Source: Narcine bancroftii (taxonomy: Eukaryota). Taken from it: 64,000 nt of DNA. The stretch is from assembly GCF_036971445.1 (NCBI RefSeq), contig NC_091475.1, positions 201,624,001 through 201,688,000 of the forward strand. Direction: 5' to 3'. Each line of letters opens with the position of its first letter. Position 1 is the first letter of the stretch. The notes beneath the pieces are model-generated. The model was not told the origin of the DNA, ran no database searches, and was given only the letters and a program-made list of their open reading frames with translations. A program made the translations under genes and the position numbers. Of this stretch, positions 49,308 to 62,329 are shown piece after piece.

Positions 49308-50301
49308 TGTTACAGGCCCAGAGGATCCCAAAGCCCAGAAGCAATAGAAATACACCATGACAAATGGTTACTTAAACAAAAGTTACTTTTAATTATCTTC
49401 AAACATTAAAAAAATCAAACTTTAACCTATTAATATTTACAACCCCCTTCTAATTCTAAGTGTACGTGTATGTAATGTGTATAAGTTCACAAAAGTTCTT
49501 TGATTCACAGTCTAATCTCACTTCTCACTCCTCCAAATTCACTGATATCAGGCTGTTCTTACACTGTGCACAGAATTTATGAATTTTCACCAAGCTCTGT
49601 TGCTTAAATAGATACCCCTCAAGAAGATTATTTTCAGTTTCAGAGAGAGATTTGTTGCTCGTTGGACACAGACAAACTGATTCCTTCCGATCAGCCACTT
49701 CCGTGTCTTGCCGAATAAACTTTCCCCATCAAGGTTTTCCAAACGATATCCTCTTCTTCTGCAGATCACCACAGAGTTTCTTTTGTTTCCCTTATTTCAG
49801 GTGAAACACTCTAGCCAGCCATTTCCTCTTGTATGGACCACAAGGGTTTTCAACAGGCTGAACTCAGAACTCACAACCCATCTTCAAAATGGGGTTTCAG
49901 CAAGCTGCCTGTTTGCCATGACTGCAGAACTGCAGAAACCAGTTCTCTCTCTCTCCCTCTCTCTCTCTCTGCTTGGAAAGCCACACGACCGTCTTAAAAC
50001 AGCAAACTGCATCCAACAGATGGTGGCACCAGACCCAAACTTCTGAGTCCGTTCATCTGTTGCTTTCCAAACAATAATCCATTACCGCACAGCATATCCA
50101 ATTTACACCTACTTGTGAAGTCTCTATAGGTATTCTTCAAAGTTTTTGCAAAGACACCCGGAGCCTGGACTGTCTGGCTCGAACAAAGCTCTAGCATTTT
50201 AGATTAGATCTGTTTTGTGAAGTGTTTGTTTGTGACCTACACTACCCCCGCAATCTATCTCCTTCAAAAACATATGTATATAAAATATATAATCCATCAC
50301 A
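49308..50301 (-). mobile_element. Solo LTR, 994 bp
   Basis: TG...CA ends, perfect 4-bp TSD GTAT, same family as the left arm of 33694-35274. Confidence 0.88.
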
Positions 50302-50724
50302 GTATGGATATATTTGTACAAAAATCCATCCATTCCATATTTAAAAATACACAAAGGCATTTAGCCATTTTCCTCAGTGTTTTCCTTCCAATTGCAACAT
50401 CTTTGTATCTCCTCTTCCTGGTGTTTGACCCTGATGTCAAGAGAGATAATTGCCTTCTATTCTGTTCATCGAGACCCCTTGATATTTTTTGCTTCTCAAA
50501 TCTTTCAGATTCTTCTGAAGAAAACAATGCCAATCCATCTGATAATTCCTCATAGCTACAATTCACCACCTCTCCCAAAGTCCTTTTAAACCTCCAGTAC
50601 AATCACATTTCTCTTCTGACGTGGTAACCAGAACTGTGTACAGTTGTGTCCACATAAGTGTTGGATGCAATTTTAGCATTTTTCTCTTTCTTTGTGGCAA
50701 ATAAAGGAAAGTAGCCCGAACGCA

Positions 50725-51165
50725 TTTCAAGATTCAAGGTTATTGTCATGCAATTAATAAAATAGAAAATGTGATATTACACAAAATTTCCAGGCAGATA
50801 AAGATTCACTATTAGCAAACATTGCCCAGTGCCAGAGAAAGAGAAACAAAAGAGACTCCCTCCAGAGTCACTGAGTGTCCTGGGATTTGTTTCCCTCAGC
50901 AATGCAAACCATCAGCAATCTGAGCTCCAGATGTACACCTCTGACGTGATCAGGAAGCCTCCAGCACCCTCTTGTATCCTAGTTCCAATACCTAGAACCC
51001 CTCCAGCCAGTCGTGAGCCTGTCTCCAGCATTCCGCAACCTGGGTGCGAGTTCCTTGACTGCAGGTGCCCACGTCCTACGTGGGTTCCTCGCCTTGAGTC
51101 ACCAACAGTCCGGCTCCTGTGTGTTCTTCAACCTCAGAGCCCCTCACTGGTTCTTCAACTGCCTT
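50725..51165 (-). repeat. Interspersed repeat with a LINE-like 3' tail; related copies near 14230-14830 and 63460-64000
   Basis: Shared blocks such as ATCAGGAAGCCTCCAGCACCCT and CCTTGAGTCACC. Confidence 0.55.
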
Positions 51166-51479
51166 ATGAACTTAATTAGAGTCACAGAATGTATCGAGGA
51201 GCAATAAATTATTAAGCATTGACTCTGCCAGCAATGCCAGTATTCAGAAACCCGAACAAAAAGACGATTCTCATCATGATGTAATCTCCAGGTATGAGTG
51301 ATGGGAAACTATCCTCATTCTAACTGGGATTAATACTGTCCGTTTACACAGTCAAGTGAATCAGGACAGTTTGTCATTTCGAATGAAGCACCAATAATCT
51401 GTCAGTCTTGGGACTTCTGATGCCAAACTCTCAGATTTTCCAGTACAATTTTTTTTCAGCTATGACACAGTGATTTTTC

Positions 51480-51745
51480 CGTTTAAAGGGAGGATTGGAA
51501 ATAGGGTCTCAGAGTGTTGAATGAGAGCAAGGGAACTGACAGCCAGCTGAGCTTAAAAGTAGAGTGGGAAACAATTCCCGTTGATTTAAAAGGGAATTGT
51601 GGGAAAGTGTCCATTGGCTTTAAAGGGAATGTGGGAAATAGAGCCCGTTGAGGTTAAAGGGAATGTGGGAATTCATGGCCTTATTGAGTTTAAAGAGAGC
51701 ATGGGAAACAGCCCATTGGAAATAGACATTAAAGGAAATGTCCAA
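51480..51745 (+). repeat. Degenerate ~30-bp tandem repeat (TTTAAAGGGAATGTGGGAAA core)
   Basis: About 6-7 recognisable units. Confidence 0.6.
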
Positions 51746-53019
51746 AACATCAACCAGTATGTTTAAACACATTGAGCACTGGAATCCAAGTTCGGTGAGC
51801 CAGATACTGAGCAGGATTTCAAAACAACTAAACAGCAGATTCTTGGAGGGCGTCAGCCATTCTTACCTCAGCTAATAACAAAGAGAAGTGAGTTCATCTA
51901 CAGGATTAGTGTCCTCATCTTCCAAAGTGGCATGGACAACAGTGGGAGGTCATCCTGCTGAATGTGCGGAACTATCATAAATGGGAACTGGAAATATTTT
52001 CTGAAAGAAGAGCCTCTTTTCCTCTGGCACCCTGCACCAGGAATTTACTGGGAGAGGGTCCAGTGGAAAAGGAGCACTGTCCGAGCACCCGGCATCAAAT
52101 GGCTTCATTTCACACTGGGGATTAATCGCCTCGACCCCCTATACATATCCTGGGTGTTTGCTGACGCCGGCGTGCTGATAAGTGGAAGAGGGGCAGCAGA
52201 AAGTCACCTGTTTCCAGATGAAGGCAGAACACTCTGATCCCCAGAGATGAGTTGAATTGAGTGGAAATCCCAGTTAAGGGGGAGCCCAGTGGAAACGGCA
52301 CAAAGGGCCTCCTATCCCGGGACACCGCACGGCCAATTAACTGGGATGCCGGCGGAAAAGGGGCTAATGTGTTCTCATCCAGAGGTTGGTTGAAATCTGG
52401 AATGCATTCCTTGATGGGACAGAGACAGTCACAACATTTAAGATGTTTTTTTTAGATGTGCACTGGAATTGCCAAAGCAAAGCATATTAAGGGTTCAGAG
52501 CTGGGAGATGTGAAAAACATAAAAAATCTACGAGATGGACACATTGGGATGAAGTAAAACATGAAAGGTTGCTGTGATTGCACTCAAAACACAGAAATGC
52601 TGGAGGGACTCAGCCAGGCTCGCAGTACCCATAGGAGATAAAGATGTATTACCAACTGAGCTCTTTCTCAAGGTATGTAAACAAAGTCAGGCATCTGAGT
52701 TAATGGCTGGGGAGGGAATGGGGGAAGGATGGGAAGGGTGGCGGGAGTCCAGACCAACAGATAAAAGGTGTTAATTGGATATGATAAAAGGTGAGAATTA
52801 ATGAAAGGAGACTGAGGGAAAAGAGAAGAGAGATGGAGCTGAGGGAAAGGAATCAGGGATACGAAGATGGGGGGACTCTGAATGGTCTCTTTTTTATTTC
52901 TCTTTCTCTGACACTGGGCAATTTCTTCTGATGGCAAATCTTTGCCTTACAACAGACTAAATGCAATTTTGTGTAATAATACTCCTGTTTTATTGCGTGA
53001 CAATAAAAGAATCTAAGTG

Positions 53020-54270
53020 AGACCTCAGCAGTGCCTTATAAAGCCTCGACATCACATCCCTGCTCTTATGTCCTATTGCTTTCTATATGAATGCCGACAT
53101 TGAACTTGCCTTTTTTCACTACTGACTTGACCTGGAGGTTAACCTTTAGGGTCTCCGGAATGAGGACTCCCAAAGACCCTTTGCATCTCTGAATTTTGAA
53201 TTTTCTCTCCATACAAATAATAATCTGCCCTTTTATTCCTTCTGTTACGAGTCCGGAGCAGCAGTAGATATGCACCACGGCAAAGGGTAGCTTAAACAAA
53301 AGTTGCTTTTTAATTATCTTTGAACATGAAAACAGAATCAAACTTTGACTGATCTCTATTGACTCACTTAACCTATTTAACCCCCTTCTAATTCTAAGCG
53401 CACGTGTGTGTTTGTGTGTGTGTGTGTGTGTGTTAGTTCAGCAAAATTCTTTGGTTCACAGTCCAATCTCACTGGTTGCAGGCAATTCTTGTACTGTGCA
53501 CAGAAGTTAACATTAATAAAGTTCACCAGGCTTTGGTGCTTAACAGGTCAATGGTTACCACTCAGTAGGGTCCTTGTTGGTCTTCAGAGAGAGAGTTTTT
53601 CTTGTTTCAGGTCATCACAGAGTTTCTTTCTGTTTCTCCTATTCCAAGGGAAACACCAGAGAGCCAGTCTTCTCCTTTGACCAGGCCGTCTTCCAAAGCT
53701 TGCCAGCTTGTCCCTCTGGAACCGATATCTATGTCTGTCCTCTCTCTCACTCCCTCCTCTCTGGGAGCAAAGCCTGCTTCTTTTCCTGCTCTCTGCTGCA
53801 AAGATCACATGACTTTCCAGACTGTAAATGTTCTTTTCCAGACGGAGCTGCTACTGCCTGTGTTACATTTGTTGCCTTTTGCAAATGGCGGTCCATCGTG
53901 AGCCTTTGAGTACTCTTGCAAAAGCTCCTGCAAAAATTCTGTTTTAAAGTGTTTGTGTGTGACCTGCTCTAACACAATTTATCTCCCAAGCACCTCTATA
54001 TACTCTGTCACACTTCCACCAAAGTGCATGACAGTACACGTTTCAACATTGTATTTCATCTGCCCATTCTCTTAATCTACTGTAGACTCTCTGCAGCTTC
54101 TCCATTACATCATCATTACCTACTCCTCCACCTATCTTAGTATCATTTGTCAACTTAGCCACAAAGCCATTGATTCCACAAACCCGGTCATTAACATGCA
54201 ACTTAAAAAAGAAGTGGCCACAATACCAACCCCTTTGGAACACCATTGGTAACTGGTAGCCGTCCAGAAT
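53020..54270 (-). mobile_element. CR1-like LINE RT fragment interrupted by a solo LTR
   Basis: VNDRVCGINGFVAKLTNDTKIGG...LQR...LREWA. The sequence joins across 53242/54013. Confidence 0.7.
53243..54012 (-). mobile_element. Solo LTR, 770 bp, containing a (GT)n tract
   Basis: TGTTACG...TGTCACA ends, perfect 4-bp TSD CTTC. Confidence 0.88.
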
Positions 54271-54574
54271 AGGATGTTGTTGGATCGTGATTAAGGATCA
54301 CAGTTAGCTACTGATCAGGATACTGGAGAACACAAGAAAATAGAAGCATACTCTTAGCCTGCCCCACTATTTTATATGATCGTGAATCATCTGCTCATGT
54401 CCTCTTCTGTTCCAGTTACTAGAAACCATTTAGACCAACCACTCTCAACCTCTTTTGGCCTCTGCTCGAAGTTTATGGGCCCCTTCCCTGTGAAACCATC
54501 AAGTTTAGATTTCTTCTCCTACCAACGACATAAAGAGCATAAAACATATTAACGTTACAAGAGGTGAAACAAAA

Positions 54575-54805
54575 GTTAGTGTAGCGGTTAGTGCAACGCT
54601 ATTACAGCGCCAGTGTCTTGGGTTCAAATCCGGCGCTGCCTATAAGGAATTTGAACATTATCCCCATGTCTGCATGGGTTTCCTCCGAATGCTCTAGTTT
54701 GCTCCCACCCTTCAAAACGTACGCCGTTTGTAGGTCATTTGGGTGTAATTGGACGTCATGGGCTTGAGAGCCTGTTACCTTGCTGTATGTCTAAATTTAA
54801 ATTTA
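54575..54805 (+). mobile_element. V-SINE (HE1-like)
   Basis: A/B boxes and family core. Confidence 0.75.
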
Positions 54806-55124
54806 ACTTGGTGGGCAGGGGGAAGGGAGTTGCATGGAGCCTCATTGAGAATGACTGCTTTAGACCAATTTTATGAGGATTAATTTGAGTCTAAATATTG
54901 CATCTTCAAAGAAACAAATACAGGATACTGAGGAAGAAAGGGGTTAAAAGCCAGTGAGAGTATAGCCAGATTTTGCAGCATTTTAGTAAGGTGGGTGAGG
55001 CAATTCTAAAGGACCAATAGCTCAAAGACTAACTATAGAAATTTATTTTGAACCAAACAGCTTGAGCAATGTCTGATAAGAGGCTGCCAATCTTATGTTG
55101 TAACCTAATGTGTATATAAGAAGC

Positions 55125-55494
55125 CGAACAGGAGTGTGGGTATGACAACGGCTCTGTATACGCTTATCTTTGTGAGGTTTTTCAGTTGGTTGTTTTTCCA
55201 GACTCTGTGTAGTCTTCCAAAAGCGCTATTTGCCTTGGCGAGTCTGTTGTCAGTTTGGCGGGCAGCAACCTCCTTTGAAGAAGACCGCAGAGCCCACCTC
55301 ACTGACAAAAGGCAAAGGAGAAAAAACCCAACACCCAACCCCAACCAACCAATTTTCCCCTGCAACCGCTGCAACCGTGTCTGCCTGTCCCGCATCGGAC
55401 TTGTCAGCCACAAACGAGCCTGCAGCTGACGTGGACATTTACCCCCTCCATAAATCTTCGTCCGCGAAGCCAAGCCAAAGAAGAAAGAAAGAAG
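55125..55494 (+). mobile_element. RTE-clade LINE insertion with an inverted 5' segment
   Basis: 55125-55251 is an antisense RTE ORF piece. 55251-55494 is the sense 3' end with an AAG-rich tail. Perfect 11-bp TSD ATATAAGAAGC. Confidence 0.88.
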
Positions 55495-55991
55495 ATATAA
55501 GAAGCAATTGTATTGGGTAAGAATGTATTGTGTAAACTTTTGGTTGGGCCAAAAGGGCCAAATGTAACTCGACCCATGTGTAGACTGAACAAAGGAAAGT
55601 TGTGAAACACAAGTGAGCCAGTCTCTGCTCATTGCTTACAGAGAAAGCATATCTATAAGGCATTGAACAGATAGCTCACAATTCTGGTGAACAAATTAGT
55701 CTGACCAGGATGAAAGTTTGGGTGTCATCATAGTGTGTGCTCCACCGAAAGAACTGGAATCCACAATACCACAGAGCAAATGACTAGCATGTCCATTGAT
55801 ATAGATTCGTGGAGCAACACAGAAACAGGCCCATTAAATCCATGTCGTCCATCACATCATATCTATTCTAATTTTATGACGCATGGTCTGTGGAATAATA
55901 GGCCTTGGTGATTCAAGGGCTCATCTAGATGCTTCTAAAATGAAGAATATGAAATAACAGGAAATAAATCATAACATGATTCTGGTTGCAG

Positions 55992-56166
55992 ACAATGTTT
56001 TCTGCCTGCGAACTGGGAGTGTTTGATCTCCTCCAGGAGGACACTGTTCCACTGTCTTCCGATGCCATCGCAGATCGCCTTTGCACCAGCGCGGATGGTA
56101 TGGAAAGACTACTCTCTGCATGTGTCGGACTGCAGTTGCTGGAAGTCAATGAACGTCAGGGTGAAG
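55992..56166 (+). CDS. ASMT: ASMT coding exon 2 (175 nt)
   Basis: TMFSACELGVFDLLQEDTVPLSSDAIADRLCTSADGMERLLSACVGLQLL. TTGCAG acceptor, G|GTATT donor. Confidence 0.95.
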
Positions 56167-56289
56167 GTATTCAAATTATGGGTGTTTCTCAACTAACAAA
56201 GTATATTGCGCATGAGTGCAGTGGGAAATTAGGGCTTGCAGGACCCCATGATGTTTTGTTTAGATGATCAAAGCTCTGGCTGTTTAGAG

Positions 56290-56556
56290 CAATGGTTTTC
56301 AAACTTTTTCTTTCCACTCCCGTACCACTTTAAGTAATCCATATGCCATCAGTGCTCTGTGATTAGTAAGGGATTGCTTAAGGTGGAAAGAAAAAGTTTG
56401 AAAACCATTATTTTAACCGTACCTAATTGACTCGTTATGCGTTACAAAGAAAATGGGCCAATGGCAAGTTTTCTCAGCCAAAATATTTCAGTAACAATTG
56501 GGTCTAGAGCAGTGGTTCTCAACCTTCCCTTCCCACTCATATACCCCTTTAAGTGG
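56290..56556. mobile_element. Partial hAT composite MITE (opposite orientation to 42828-43193)
   Basis: Family TIR and spacer sequence. Confidence 0.7.
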
Positions 56557-56859
56557 TAAATGTTCTCGTGAACACACATAATAACATTCTACAACCTTTG
56601 AATAAGTGGGACACTTACCCCATTATTTACCCCTCAGGCTTCTTCTTCTGTGTTTGTCCAGGCGAGTGGTATCCAAATGTTCTACAACTCTTATCACAGC
56701 TGATCTCAGCAATAGTTTCCTGACTAGGAAGAGTGCTAGAGCCAGCAATGGAGTCCCACCTATACTTGGATCAGCACCAACTTCCTATCTCACACAGGAA
56801 GTCTGAACGTGACTGTTTTAGTCTGTTAGGTCAGTTCAATAGAAGGTCCTCAGTCCAAA

Positions 56860-57350
56860 TATCCATGTCACTTTCACATTCAAATCCTTGTGCCCCACTC
56901 TCCCACTAACATGTCTGTCCATGGCCTCATGCACTGCCAAACTGAAGCCACCTGCAAATTGGAGGAACAACATCGAATATTCCATCTGAGCCCTTTCCAA
57001 CCAGATGGCATGAACATTTACCTCTCCAGCTTCTGTTAGGCCCCTCCTTCCCCCCTCCTCTCTCTCTCTCTCTCCTCCAGTTTCCACCCCTTCCCTCTCC
57101 ATTCAGAGAGCTAGCCCCCCCCCCTCACCCCTATCATTTTCCAGCTTTTTTTTTCCTCCTGCCTCCCTCCCATATCCATCTATGACCACTTGTCTGTGCA
57201 CCTCCCCCTGCCCCATCCCCCACCATTTCATTCAGATGCCTGCTCTTATCTTATACATTGATGAAGGGCTCAGGCCTGAAATGTTGGTTATATGTCTTTG
57301 CTCCATAAAGGATATTGAGTTTCTCCAGCGCTTTTGTGCTTTGAACTGCA
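56860..57350 (+). mobile_element. Penelope-like element 3' fragment
   Basis: HSPTNMSVHGLMHCQTEATCKLEEQH...QPDGMN GIY-YIG C-terminal remnant plus terminal repeat. Confidence 0.65.
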
Positions 57351-58013
57351 ATCACAAACTTTTTAGTTTAACAAATTCTGGTGCAAGGTGAGTGAAAATC
57401 AACAGGTCAAGTAGCAGCTGCGGAAAAAGAAACAGCTCTTGCGAAAGAGAGGAAGTTTTAAGATGTAGAGAAGTTGAGGGAGTGACCAAGGGAATATGAT
57501 TAAATGAGGCCAGTGTTGCTCCGGGGATGCCAAAGAAGTCTGTTCATTGGGTGGATGGGGATAGTTGAAACAAATTTGTCTGTGCTTTTATTTCCCCCAG
57601 TATGCATCATCTTTTTAATACAGTTTTACTCCTCAATATGGGCCTCTGTGTCGTAAATGAGTTTTTAACAATATGATTTTAATACAAACCATTTTTACTT
57701 AACAATCGCATTTGGAAATCTCATTGAATGCACCAATTCATTGTGAAATCTGGCAAATATTTTTGCATATTCTGAACAGTTGGTCCTTCAAATGTTGCTC
57801 AGAGAATGGTCAAGCAGCACAGCATGGAAGCAGGTCATTTGGCCCACCCTGTTCATGCTGGCCAAGTCCTTGATGCAACCAACTTTAAATGTGATGAAAC
57901 TTACTTTGGAAAACAACATCTGCCGGAAAGAAAAGGCATTAAGTTTTTCCTTTGCATTGCACCACAGAGAGGATTAATTGCACATAAACATAAGTTTTTT
58001 TTTCAATGTGCAG

Positions 58014-58143
58014 CCTTGTACAGCAATACAGATTTGTCCAGAATCTACTTGACCAAGGCAAGTCCCAGAACTCTGCACTATTCAATTGCATACTATTCAC
58101 AAACCATCTACAATTGTTTTTCCTACTTGACTGATGCCATCAG
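58014..58143 (+). CDS. ASMT: ASMT coding exon 3 (130 nt)
   Basis: ALYSNTDLSRIYLTKASPRTLHYSIAYYSQTIYNCFSYLTDAIR. GTGCAG acceptor, AG|GTAAG donor, phases match. Confidence 0.95.
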
Positions 58144-58289
58144 GTAAGAAAGCTTTGTTTAATTCTTTGTTATAGTCGACTTCAAGGTGCATTAAAGCAA
58201 GATAAATTTCAAAAGTTTGTTGAATACGCAGGGCCTATCAATTATAGTCAGGCTTGTTACCATATTTATGCCTGATAAACCAAGATAAG

Positions 58290-58672
58290 GGGCCACAGAG
58301 TTAGCGTAGTGGTCGGTGCAACGCCTTTACAGTGCCAATAATCAGGACTGGGGTGCAACCCCCCCCTCCACCCCCATCTGTCTGTAAGGAGTTTGCACCT
58401 TCTCTCTGTGTCTGCATGGGTTTTCCCTGGGGACTCTGGTTTCCTCCCACCATTTGAAGTTTAACATATAACAGTTTATGGGATGGAAGCAGGCCATATC
58501 GGCCCTTCAAGTCCATACCGGTTCACTCAAACAACTCTGCTAGATACCCCCACCCATTCTCTGCCCATAACCCTATACTGGGGTTGTAGGTTAATTGGGT
58601 GTAAATTGGACTGCACAGACCGGTGGGCCGAAATGGCCTGTTACCGTGCTGTACGTCTAAGTTTAAAATTTA
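58290..58672 (+). mobile_element. V-SINE with an antisense CR1 tail inserted near 58460-58575
   Basis: SINE core resumes after the insert. A further minus-strand copy lies near 58790-59000. Confidence 0.65.
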
Positions 58673-60297
58673 TGTGGCCTTACATTGTCAGAGAGTTATT
58701 CATACGTCTTCTACCAACTCATTGTAGCTCGCTCAGAGGTAGAGCTCGCACCTCTGATTTCAAGCCACCTCGGTTCTAATTTTATTCTTAAATTTAATTT
58801 TATTTACAACAAGGTAGAAGCTGATTCTGGCAATTGAGACTTGTGCCACCCAATTAACCTACAGCCCCATGCATTTTTTGGAGGGTGGGAAGAAACCAGA
58901 GCACCAGGGGGAATGTACAAACTCCTCACAGGTAGTGTTGGATTCAAACTTGGGTCACTGGCCCAGTAATAGGACCTCGTTACCGGCTACACCAACCGTG
59001 CACCCCCCACCCCCACCCGGACTCTTGTTTGGAATCGGCATGATCTCTCTATGTCCACATGGGTGTTTCTTGCACACATTGCAGAGATGGGCTGGTCAAT
59101 AGGTTAATTGGCTGATGTAATTATCCAAACAGTTGGAGGTAAGAGAGTGGGGAAAGGAGGAGGGGATGTGAGAGAGAATACCTTTCAGGCAAATGAGTGA
59201 GGGGACAGGATTGTTGAGGCTAGTCTGAGAGAGGACATAAATTCAATGGACCAAAAAGGGTCACCTTCTATGTCATCAAGAAATAGAAAATTTGAGGTGG
59301 AACTTCCAGAACTCTGGCTTTGAATGACTGAAAGTCGAAAGAAAAGAACACAGAGCATGTGTTCAAGAGAAGAACACAGAAAATAGGAGCAGGAATAGAC
59401 TCCCAGGCCCTTGTCAGCCACACCTTTCAATATGACCCTGGATGATATGTTAGTCCTTTGTGTCAATTCCCTGTTATTCTCAATTCCTCAATCTTTCAAA
59501 TATTTATTTATCTTCCCCCTTAAGTATATTTAGTGATCTGGACACACTCCTGAGATATAATAAGCCTCAGAGAGAAGAAAAGCCTATGTACTTCAGTTTT
59601 AAATGACCCCCACCCCTCTCCTTATGTAACTTTGTTCCCTTGTTCAAGGCTCTTCCACTGATGAAAACCTCACAACGTGTCTGCTTTCAACAAAGGTTCC
59701 CGACCCAAAATATTGACTGACCAGGGCATCAAAGGTTAAGAAGAGAAGGCCGGGCAGTGAGGCTAAAGAAATTTCTCCTCATCTCTGTTTTAAATGAGTA
59801 CCTTCAATTTCCAAGACAGTGCCCTCTTGTCCTGGATTCACCCACCAAGGGAAACAACCTGTGTCTCACATCCATCCTTCGATATTTAACATTAATTTTA
59901 AATTTTATTTGTTCCATGTTTTGTCTTCTGCTAAATGAATGCGTAACTTAAAGTTTTCCAACAGCGTTGTGGGATGCTTTGCTGAAATAGCGGTGAATAT
60001 AGATTCGACGGGAGCTTTTGAAAGTCACACTGCAGTCAATACAGAAAATTCTGCAGGGCTATGGGATCAATGAGGTGACATTGATCAGTGAGCTCTTTCA
60101 AAAAGCCAACATGATTACAATGAGGCAGAGAGCCTCTTGTGCTTGATAATTTGATAAATGTGTATCCACCAAGATGGAAAAAGAAAATCTTGGATTTCAC
60201 CCAAAAAAAAACTAATCGTTCTTAGTTCATGAAATGCTTATTACAAGTATTGATCCATAATTTCAGTGAGAATTTATCTTTCAATATTCTTCCTCAG

Positions 60298-60366
60298 GGA
60301 AGGGAAAAACCAATATGAGCGTGCATTTGGTGTTTCTTCTCATCAACTCTTTGAAGCTCTCTACAG
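60298..60366 (+). CDS. ASMT: ASMT coding exon 4 (69 nt); gene continues beyond the window
   Basis: (R)EGKNQYERAFGVSSHQLFEALY(R). TTCCTCAG acceptor, AG|GTATG donor. Confidence 0.94.
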
Positions 60367-61585
60367 GTATGTGTTTACATTGCTGTGATATTCATTCATC
60401 CCTGTCAACTCAATATCAAGAAAATGGATGAAACTTTCATTCAATTCAATATTAGATTGACTCGGTTGTTCGATGTTTTCCCAACAGTGTTCAATCATGT
60501 CATCAGAAGACAACCAGAATTTTCCATGGAAGATCAGTTAATGGTAGACGTGCAATAATCATCCTCCAAAACAACTTGTGGTTTGGAAACTGATAGCTGG
60601 AATTTATGTAAGATGACAAAAATCATTACACAAGAGACTGAAGTTGCTGGAATGTAGAGCAAACATGAACAGCCTCCTGGAGGAACTCAGCAGGTTGACT
60701 AGCATCAGAGGGAGAAAAAGAATGGTTAACCAACCATCAATACTTGATGGACGGTCGCGGCCCATAACTTCGACCGCCCTTTCTCTTTCCCTGACCTTGC
60801 TCGACCCGCTGAGTTGCTCCAGCAGATTATCTTTTTTGCAGTCGTTTCACAAGGTGGTCCGAAGCCTCCTTTTTCTCCCCTAAATAATGGATGGAAAATC
60901 TTGACAGAGTGGTGTGTCAGGGTTTGTTCAGTGGGTTGCCCTCCATTGAAGATGGAAGGTTCCCAGAATGAGATTTAAGCTCAAAAATCCAGGTTGATGT
61001 TTCAGTGCAGCACTAGACTGTGTACATCATATCAAACTTTTACTACTTGTCAAATGATATAAAGAGGGAAAGGAGTAATTATTTCCAAGTGTCCTGGCTG
61101 ATCTTCATGGCTTGGCCTCGCGAACAAAGATTTAGGGAGGATCGTAGATGTCCTTTGAGTCTGCACCATGGATTATTTTTAGGTGGAGTGCAGTGTGCAT
61201 GGTACTGGCCCTACCCTTTACACTTGGGGTTTATCTGCCATGGCCTAGCAAACTGGGATGGTGACATCCAGGTCTTCCGGTTGTAAGTGTTACGTCAGGG
61301 TGTCCTTCTAGATGAATGGCTTGACAAGGCTAATGTGACCCTTCGGTCTGTGTTTGAAATCAGAGTTTTCCTTCTATTAGGGTGGCCTCCAGCCAAGGCT
61401 AATGAGCCCAGCCAACCCGTCCAGTTATACTGCCGGACTCTCAGTCGCGCCATGACGTAGCAAATTCAGTGAAAAACTGGGCACTCCAACAAGAAGGTAC
61501 TGCTCCGGATGCCATGTGCATGACCTCCTGGCTGGCAAGCCAGACTGATACCTGCCTGATACCTGAGCCTCAATAGTGATGACGA

Positions 61586-61962
61586 TGTCGTGGCCCATGC
61601 CTCAGGCCAACACAGGAAATGGCCGTCGAACGCAGTGACCAGCAAAACATCACGTGGGCTGGTTTTCCCTAAGGCCGCTGGCAGAGCGGTGAAACTGGCC
61701 AATCACCGCCGGTGGATTGCAGGGGGCCCAATCAGGCCCGGGCATCCGAGGTAACCAATTGGCGACCGGCCCGCTCAAGCCATGCCCTGGTGGTGACGCG
61801 GCCGAGCTGACTATAAAAGGCAGAGCTGCCACTAAATAAACTCCGTGTCGAATACACTCTACTGGTGTGTGCGTCTTTCTTCTCCTGCGGATTCAAACTA
61901 CAGCCTTAGGGATATAACCAAGAGCTATAGCCTAGCTGTAGCCACAGCGACCTCTCACAACA
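61586..61962 (+). mobile_element. Possible solo LTR, CpG-rich
   Basis: TGTCGTG...CACAACA ends, repeated CCAAT boxes, TATAAAA near 61813, AATAAA near 61835. No TSD found. Confidence 0.45.
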
Positions 61963-62329
61963 AGCTTATTGTTATATACACTGTACCATGTACTTTGATT
62001 CTTCCTTTGCAATAGCCCAACAGGTACTGAATGATAAAACAAAGCCTACAGTAGTAAAAAGAAATAATAAAAAAGACAGATTTATAATAAATATTCACAT
62101 TTACCAAAGGCAAGAATAAAAGTGGCATTACAATAATGTAGTTTTTGTGATTTTGGAGCAGTCCCTGATTAGTGTAACAAGGGGAGGTTCAAGACTCTGA
62201 TTGCCACTGGAAAAAGACATTTCTCCACGTGCTGGTTTTCAGCAAACATGTACATAGATCCCACATTCTGGGTTCCCAAACCAGTGCAAATTACCCCTTC
62301 ATGGAAACTAATAAAAATCTCATTGATGT

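Noticed and set aside
50297-50602. 101-aa ORF and neighbouring short ORFs (also 51962-52455)
   Set aside because: Partly decayed CR1 sequence, with no splice-consistent exon or recognisable protein family.
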